Below are positions 55,878-64,000 of a stretch of 64,000 nt of DNA, piece after piece (position 1 is the stretch's first letter; each line of letters starts with the position of its first letter). A model generated the notes under the pieces. That model saw only the letters and a program-made list of their open reading frames with translations. It had not been told where the DNA came from and made no database searches. Both the position numbers and the translations under genes were made by a program. The stretch is taken from the NCBI RefSeq assembly GCF_009914755.1, contig NC_060937.1. One strand, written 5' to 3'. Source of the stretch: the human T2T-CHM13v2.0 reference genome, Homo sapiens.

Positions 55878-57789
55878 TTATATAAACTTGCAAGAATATT
55901 TAACATGAAGCTCAGATGCACATGATGATAAAAATACGTTGACTGTCGAGTCATCCTAACATGTACTCTGCACTAAATGCATATCTGAGGCTCTAAAACC
56001 CTGGGCTGCTAGTACAGGTGTTGCATATATTGTAGCATGGAGGTATCCAGTGGCAGGGCTAACCTCCAGCCTCATGCTCTTCCCCTTCTCCCATGTTTTC
56101 CTTCTGATACTTGCATTTCTAGATGCATAAAAAATGATTAAATTGGCTCCAGCTGCAGACTAGGAGGTTGTTTTGGTCAGATAGACACGGGATGGCTCTT
56201 GAGATAAGCCACACTGTCCTGCCAAAGGACACCTTTCTTGTCCACATAAGGGGACCAAGGGATGCTGAGGAAGTACAGATTCAACTCCTAAGGAAAGCAC
56301 CAGCATTCACCTTTGGGAGGAAGAGGGAGCTTTCCAGATGGAGCATAATAGATTACAGGCTTTAGTGCCAGTGCCAAATGGGTTTGAACGCCCCTTCTGT
56401 GTCCCGGACAGTCAACTGAACAACCTAAGGCTTCATCCCGTCTGTGGAAATGGGACAGTTATGCAAATAGCTCTTAGTGCCACTGTGAGGAGGGCCAGAC
56501 AGGCAAGATGAGTGACAGAACCTGCCCAGGCACCCAGCACTCAGCAGCCTGGAGGTATTTGAGCATTGTCTGTCCCCTGACCTGACCAGGACCTGGATCT
56601 GCTCTCAACAGGCCTCTCTGAGGCCACTGCAGCACCTCTGTCTCAGATGGCTGACACTTGGTCAGGTGTCGGTCAACAAGGAGCAGGAAGGCTTTGCTCC
56701 CTCCATGTCCCGATGTGGTTCATCCACAAAGGACATCCCTCCATGAAGTCATGTTCACTGGCTTTCCTTTTGGGGCTGGGGAGGGAGTATTTGCCTTCCC
56801 CCCCCCCACTTTCTATATTTCTATATGCTTAATTTTTTGCTATAAGCAGTTATTATGTTTAAATTGAGAACAGTTAATAGCCGTCTCCATTTCAAAGGGC
56901 AAAAATGTTAAATTTCCATTAATTCTTTTCATCTTAGCCCTTAGATGGTTTTACATCTCTGTTTATTCATCTTCCTGAATAAAGTAGATTCTGGGATTTC
57001 ACAGTATTACTTAGCATTCTCATATTCTATCCTGTAATTTCAACCACTGTCATTGTCTTCACACAAAGAAAAACAGCAAAGTAGACATCTCCCTCTGGAA
57101 TGAAAGCCTGGACAATGGTGTTTACGTGCCTGCCCAAGGTGAGTTTGAAAATGAAGAAAATAGAGCAGTTTGATTCCTCCTAGCTCCACAATACTTTCCA
57201 ATACCAAATCAGCTTCCTCACACATCAAGGTAATCTGCAAAGGGAAACTGACAGTCAGCCTAAGTGGCTGCTTAAAGCATTTCTTTGCACATACGTTCCT
57301 TGTTTTTTTTTTAAAACAAAGATGCAATTAAGAAAAATGTATGCAAATAAAAATTGTCTAACTCAATTGTATACACATTAGGAAATTTACCTACTAAAAC
57401 ACTGTCATAATTTTTTAGAGCAAAAAAAAAAAACCCCTGCAATTCAAATAATCTCTTTCTAATTAAACTATTTGATTGGCTGATTTTGGTCTATGCTGGA
57501 TTTATAAAAAATAAGTTTTTATTTTTAATCTTTAATAAAAAAGGTTTTATTTATTAATCTTGATTCCTTGGTAATCTAGCAGAATAATTTGAGAATCTAT
57601 TTTCTAACATGTCAATTTCCAGATGTCATTTTTGAAAAAAAATGAGAATTACTGCATTTGTTTATTAAAAAGGTAATCCCATCACAATTCTTCACTAAGG
57701 TCTTAAAAGACTAAAAGTTATTTGGAATGCTGTGATTTATTCTGCCTGAGGAATATATCAGGAAAATGTGATCAAGTTTTAGAAAGTAT

Positions 57790-58322
57790 CCAAAGGATTA
57801 TAAATCATTCTACTATAAAGACACATGGACACTATGTTTATTGCAGCACTGTTCACAATAGTAAAGGCTTGGAACCAACGCAAATGCCCATCAATGATAG
57901 ACTGAAGAAAATGTGGCACATGTACACCATGGAATGCTATGTAGCCATAAAAAAGGATGAGTTCGTCTCAAAAAAAAAAAAAAAAAGGATGAGTTGATGT
58001 CCTTTGCAGGGACATGGATGAAGCTAGAAACCATCATTCTCAGCAAACTAACACAAGAACAGAAAACCAAACACCACATATTCTCACTCGTAAGTGGGAG
58101 ATGAACAATGAGAACACATGGACGCAGGGAGGGGAACATCACACACTGGGGCCTGCTGAGGGGTGGGGGATTAGGGGAGGGAAAGCATTACGAGAAATAC
58201 CTAATGTAGATGATAGGTTGACGGGTGCAGCAAACCACAATGGCACATGTGTACCTACGTAACAAACCTGCATGCTCTGCACATGTACCTAGAACTTAAA
58301 GTATAACAAAAAAAAGAAAAAG
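57790..58322 (+). mobile_element. 5'-truncated L1PA (L1PA7/8-like) 3' end
   Basis: CAAAGGATTATAAATCATTCTACTATAAAGACACATG...GAACTTAAAGTATAA followed by an A tail. Flanks read AGAAAG(T/A)ATC. Confidence 0.92.
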
Positions 58323-59360
58323 AAAGAATCTATCTTCTAAAGAAATGGGATCCCTTCCTAAGGTGGTATCACCCTCACTTTTCACAATGGGACATGCACA
58401 CAACATGAAATTTCTGTACCCAGGCATCCGGAAAAACAGTCAAGCACGCATGGCATGAAGTCCTCCAGGGTATGCTGGAGGGCGGGGCTGGCCATCTAGC
58501 TATGCAGTCACAATGAGCCATGAGATAATCACCTCAATGATTCTACAGAGATGTGTAGGTACCAAGACGTGGATATGGGGGAGAACCTTGAAATATGATA
58601 ACGGACTATGCCACCAGCATGTCTCTGGAACCTATGATCAGGCAAGGTTCTAAAGTACGTAGTCTGTGTCAATGGAGATGTCACAATGTCTATTTCCCTT
58701 TGAAGGAAGGTGAGTATATGTCCCAGTTTGCCTGGATAGTCCCGGTTTAGGCCAGTTGTCCTGGCATAACTATTCATAGTGCCTCCTTCCACTCTTTGAA
58801 GTGTCCTGGTGTGGGTGAAGATTACACTGTCAACTCCCTTCAGGTGTGGCTCACTTACACCCCCCGGCCACCCCAAGATGCCCACAGAGCTTTCCCAGCA
58901 GAGCCTACTAGTCAAGATTTTTCTGCTCCTCCTCCTGACTCACTCCCTCAAGGCCAAGGAACCCAAAACATATCCCTCCTGATTGAGATGTGTTTGAGAA
59001 CAGCCTTTTGCAGACACTCACCCTAGAACAGAGGGGTGCAAACGATGCGGTAATTTAAGCCTGTGTCCGATCCAGCGGGGCAGGGACTTTGACAGGAGCT
59101 GCCTTTCAGCGTTCTCCCCACACGCCGCTGAGGCAGGCCTGCATTAGAGAAAGGGACTCACACCAGTGCTGGGGATGGCAGATCAAGGGGGCTCTGCCCA
59201 CCCTCATTCCCCCTACTGTTAAAATCCTATCCTCCTCTGCCCCCTAAAAAGACATGAAGCCAAGCCAGTGCCTCACAGAAGCCCTCGTGAAGACAAGACG
59301 GCACTGGCCTCTGACCACGCATCTCACTCACAGGCAGATTTTTAGAGGAATGACAGGAAC

Positions 59361-59366
59361 TTTATT
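59361..59366 (-). terminator. Probable main ATP7B polyadenylation signal (AATAAA)
   Basis: TTTATT on the + strand, preceded in transcript orientation by AU-rich sequence. Confidence 0.7.
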
Positions 59367-59934
59367 CTAATATTGCATGAAATGTTTTTGAAGTAGAAAT
59401 GATTATCTGACAAAAAAACTCCTTACACTTTGACCATCTAAAAGGTTATTTTCTATAAAATTATATAAATATTTCCATGTCCATATATGAACACAACGTT
59501 TATGGTCCTAAAAGTTTTAAAAATCAACAGAATTAGATTCTTTAGATAATGATCAGCCTAGTCAGAAAACAACATTCCCCAAGCAAGCATAAAGAGAGGA
59601 CACAATTACTGACGGACAGCGGAAATGTGCTGCGGGCTGGAGTGGGGGGGCTGAAAACAAGGAAAACACAATCAACAGCGCGCTTGGATTTTATAAAATA
59701 AAACCCTGCAAAAACTATATGTAAAAAGTGAAACTAACCATCCAAGGTGAAGGTCAGATGACCTCCTGAATCAAGTGCATTCTGAGTTGAAACAATGAAT
59801 AGATCACCTGGTAGATTTGTTCTTCCAGGAGGCAAGGACCTTTTCCTCGTTTATTCTTATCAGGAAAACTTCTATTCAAGGTAGAAGGACAATAAGAGTG
59901 AAGCCTTCACAGCTGACAGACACTGCTTGTCCAT

Positions 59935-60065
59935 TGGCTATGTCATCCTGGGCAAAGTCCTCAGCCTCTTGGAGCCTGTTTCCTTGCCTGTAAAATGTGG
60001 ACAGTAATAGCTACCCTGCTGGTTGGTTGGGAGGATTAGACGTAATCTATCAAAAGTGCTGCTAA
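59935..60065. mobile_element. MIR fragment inside the ATP7B 3'UTR
   Basis: CTGGGCAAAGTCCTCAGCCTC...CTGTAAAATGTGG...GGGAGGATTAGA. Confidence 0.7.
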
Positions 60066-61425
60066 AACTGCCCCTGGCAAGTAATGGACAATGAAAAAAA
60101 TCACTAAAACTATTTTGTGTGGGAGAAAAGGGTTTCACCCAGAATTTAATCCAACTCTACTAGTTTGCTCCCAAAGGGTTCTGTCAATCACAACCAACTT
60201 CAGAGTCTAAAACTGAACCCGTTCTGCTGCTCTGAGAGCCACTGCCAGGTAAACAGATGCTCCCTTCGGGGTGCTGTGGCCACTCCTTTTCTGAAGCCCC
60301 TGGGCAGCGTGCAGAATGCAGGCTCAGGGAGGCTGTGTTTTCCTCCTATTTGGGCAGTACCATTTCCTCCAAGCCACACAAGGCCAGGCGCTAGTCACAT
60401 GAATTCTCTACTGAACCCCACGAGGTGACAGTCAGAAGACTGAAAACGAAGCCCCTTGGGCCGTGCAGGGAGGCTCCTGCACACATACGTTTCCCATGGG
60501 GCAAACGTTTCAAGCACCACAGGCTGGGCAGGGATATGGAAGGACGTCCTGAATCGCGAGAACCTACACCCCACAGGAAGCCGAGTACGGACTCTCAGGT
60601 CAGGCTCTGAGGCCCTCACTCCAGCTGGTCAGCAACAACACTCTATTGAGAAGCCAACACTCCATGGAGAAGGGGGCTTTAAGCAAAAAAGAACTCTCCT
60701 CAACTTGAAGAAGAGTGTGGCAAGCTCCCTGGCTGGGGATGTGTGAGCCAGGAAGCAGGTTCAAGCTGAAATGCACACTCCAGAGCATTGGAGAAGCGCC
60801 TGAGAGCAGCAGCAAAGACCACAAGGACATTGGTCCCACCCTCCCAGGTGACAGGCAGGGTTGCGAGGGGTCCCCACTGACAAGCACACAGGAGAGAAAA
60901 GGAACAGACTATGTACGAAGAAAGGAACAGACTATGCAGGAAGAAAGCAACAGGCACACCTGAGGTAAACTGTGGTCTCAGAAACATGATGCACACAGAC
61001 AGGCGTCATCAGAAAGACCCTGACAGTGAGGTCTGCAGTTCTCTGGAAAGGCCCAGTGAGGTTTTTTGGTCCTGATGAAACTGTTCTCCATTTCACAGCA
61101 GTCATCCTAAATACTCCAAGCAGAGGTCTGTGAGGAGGGTGACTCGCCTCTCACCTTCTACAGTCCAGCCAAGGACTAGAGTCCAAGACAAAGCCCATGC
61201 TGACGGTCCCGTGAGGCCAAGAGGCAGGCAGGGCCGTCCTCTCCAGGCCAAGCCCAGCTGCACCCAGACAAGGCCGCGTGCTGCAGGGCAGGATGACTGG
61301 ACATATCCAGGGAGCGGAAGTCCCCAAAGCTGGAGGCTAGCTCAGCCCATCCTGCTGCTGGCTGTCCTGCTCAGCTTGTGGTGAGTGGAGGCAAGTCCCT
61401 GCCCCGGCCCGCCTGCCTGAAGTCA

Positions 61426-61699
61426 TCAGATGTACTGCTCCTCATCCCTGCCATTCAGGAGCAGAGACCACTTGTCCCCATCATCGTCTGCTGCAGCGCT
61501 GTGCCGAGATGGCTTGTCGGACGTCAGGGAGGACAGCGACACCTGGCTGACATAGCTGACCTGGTCCCATGGTGTGGCCCTGGGGGAGTCCCGCCACCTG
61601 TCATCCATGCCTATGTGCACACTGACCTGGGATGCCGTCAGGGGCTTCATGTGGCCATGCGCCTGTGCCTCATACCTCTCCAGGTCAGGCTTCTTATAG
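61426..61699 (-). CDS. ATP7B: ATP7B terminal exon 21, coding part (274 nt): [30 protein letters not shown]...[16 protein letters not shown]
   Basis: Acceptor CTGCTTTCCAG| at 61700. The peptide matches the recalled ATP7B C-terminus, including the tri-leucine sorting motif. TGA at 61426-61428 is followed by a second TGA. Confidence 0.98.
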
Positions 61700-62261
61700 C
61701 TGGAAAGCAGGAACGCAACAGCATCTGAGCCATTCTAGAAACAAGGCTTTTTTTTTTTCTAAGCCTGGTGAAGGCCTCTCATCCATCTTTTAATAACATT
61801 CAGTATCAAAACCTCAAGAGTTTCCAAGGAAAAGGACATTAAACTCCCTATGGTTCCAGGAAAGCTCACCTGATTTAGAAACTTCCTAAGCAAATGCCTT
61901 GCACATTGTAGGCTGCCACTAACTTTTGTTAAATGAATGCACTCATAAATAAGTGAACATCTTTTTTAAATAAAAAAGTGATAGATCATACACAGGGACC
62001 CATGTCTGCTTGATGTTCACATAAACAGCCCTTGAGGAGCAGAGTAAGGGCAGCCCAGCACGTGAATGGGCAGCAGTGAATTGCCTGCTCATGGTGCTGA
62101 TAAGTTACATGCATGCACACCAGGCTCCATGTGGGCTGCCACTGCAGCATTTGTCCCAGGTGAATGAATGGGAAATGAGAGGCAAGTTCCACTGTGCTAA
62201 GCATGCAGAATGACAAGGCCTCCTGGGAGCCTCCCACAGATGCTCCACCTGAGGGGACTCA

Positions 62262-62387
<126 letters not shown>

Positions 62388-63190
62388 TCACACCTAGGTC
62401 TGGGGAGAGGAGCCAGGAGAGGGCTTCAGGCACCGGGCTGCCCCACCCTCAGCGGCCCCCAGTGAGGTCTCCACCTGGCGTGCTCAGAAGCCCCTGCCAA
62501 TGGATCTTGCCCACAGGCCCCCCCCAAAGTGAGGCTTCCTAGAAAGCTGGGTGTGGGATGCTGTTGAGTGGGCCTGGCTCTCTTCCACTCGCCCTGATGT
62601 TCCCAGAACCACCCACAGGTGGCATCCCATTTCAGGGCGAGCTCCAGGGCAGCGACAAACCACAAGGAGTGGGAGGAGCGGGAGGAGAAAAGCGGCAGGA
62701 GCTGAGGGAGCCAGTTGCCCATCCTGTAGCCACAGTCCCACAGAGGACAAACACGGCTGAGGGCCACAGTCCTTCTCTAGCAGATGATCTCGCCTCCAGG
62801 GCTTCATGACATCTTTAGAAGAGGAATGAGAGCCAGGTCCCAGGACAGGGTCAGGAGACAGGTATGGTCAACTTTGTGTGGCAGAGGCACATACACTGGG
62901 GGAATTAAGCTCCTGAGCCGGCTCTGGGGACAAGAAGTAAACCTGCCTGACTCACTGGGCTCAGGAAGCCAAGGCCCTGTTACACAAGTCACCACTAACC
63001 ACTCAGACACAAGGGAGACTGAGGCAGGAATGCTGTGATTACAAACTTGATCTCTCCTCAGCCCATGGAGGAGCACTCTGGAACTTTTCATTGCCATGTT
63101 CCTGGGGGCAGGGGGCAGGGAGCAGGGGGCGGGGGAGAGATGGTTCTTAAGGAGGGGGAATGAGGGGGAATTACAAAGCAGAAAAATCTA

Positions 63191-63515
<325 letters not shown>

Positions 63516-63945
63516 TGATCATTTGTGTAACTCAGAGTGAAACTTGGGCAGGATTAATGTTCAGGATAAGGTTCTGAAACACCAATAATTGTGCCTAGCA
63601 TGTAGCAGATGCCCCATAATTCTTACTAATGATTATTTCTCAGACTATATGACTTAACAAATGGCTCAGAAAATAAGGCCACAATAAAATAGGGATCAGA
63701 AAATACAGCCAAGCATCTCCACTAGCTTTTTAGAAAGGACCAGAGTGAATGAAGGTTTCAGGTCCTCTCCACAGTTTCTCATTTAAAGACATATAAAGCA
63801 GGGGACATGAAAAAAAAAAAAAAACAGCCTTTCTAAAACGCCTCTAGCCAGCCAGTGAGTGAGCCACTCACTAACCCCAGCAGGAACCTGGGAGACAGAA
63901 GCCTTTCTGGGCGCAGCTGGAGCACAGTGGGTAAGAGCTGCCTAC

Positions 63946-64000
63946 CTGCTGCAATGGGTATCCCAACCAGGTTATAAATCAGTGCCAGGACCAGGTTGAT
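63946..64000 (-). CDS. ATP7B: ATP7B exon 19, 3' part (runs off the window edge); TM7 region INLVLALIYNLVGIPIAAG
   Basis: The minus strand translates to the P1B-ATPase TM7 with the conserved YN motif. A CAG|GTAGGC splice donor lies at 63946/63945. Confidence 0.96.

Larger units (their letters stand above)
59340..61425 (-). other. ATP7B: ATP7B 3'UTR (~2.1 kb; 3' end approximate)
   Basis: Mostly unique sequence following the stop codon. It ends near a minus-strand AATAAA at 59361-59366 in an AU-rich context. The length agrees with the recalled ~2-kb UTR. Confidence 0.8.

Noticed and set aside
61378-61728. 116-aa ORF antisense to ATP7B exon 21
   Set aside because: Shadow ORF of a GC-rich coding exon, with a GTG start.

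Overview
Primate genomic DNA, most likely human 13q14.3. The right end holds the last three exons of the copper-transporting P1B-ATPase gene ATP7B on the minus strand (partial exon 19, exons 20 and 21) and a ~2.1-kb 3'UTR. The rest is repeat-rich intergenic sequence: Alus, L1 fragments, MIR/L2, MaLR and ERV LTRs, hAT and Tc-mar DNA transposon fossils, and microsatellites. The main accessory feature is an intronless cTAGE5/MIA2-derived retrocopy (probably CTAGE3P, ~34.5-37.5 kb, minus strand). It keeps an uninterrupted 775-codon ATG-initiated ORF because two frameshifts compensate each other. It sits inside a MER39-like LTR, which itself sits inside an MLT1 LTR. Smaller oddities include a 6-bp Alu-tail micro-insertion with a target-site duplication (TSD) inside an L1PA, and a ~150-bp local duplication of an L1/Alu junction. 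I found no convincing novel multi-gene system. Almost all short ORFs in the track are repeat-derived or chance. Repeat subfamily names and parent-gene comparisons come from recalled consensus sequences, not from a search.
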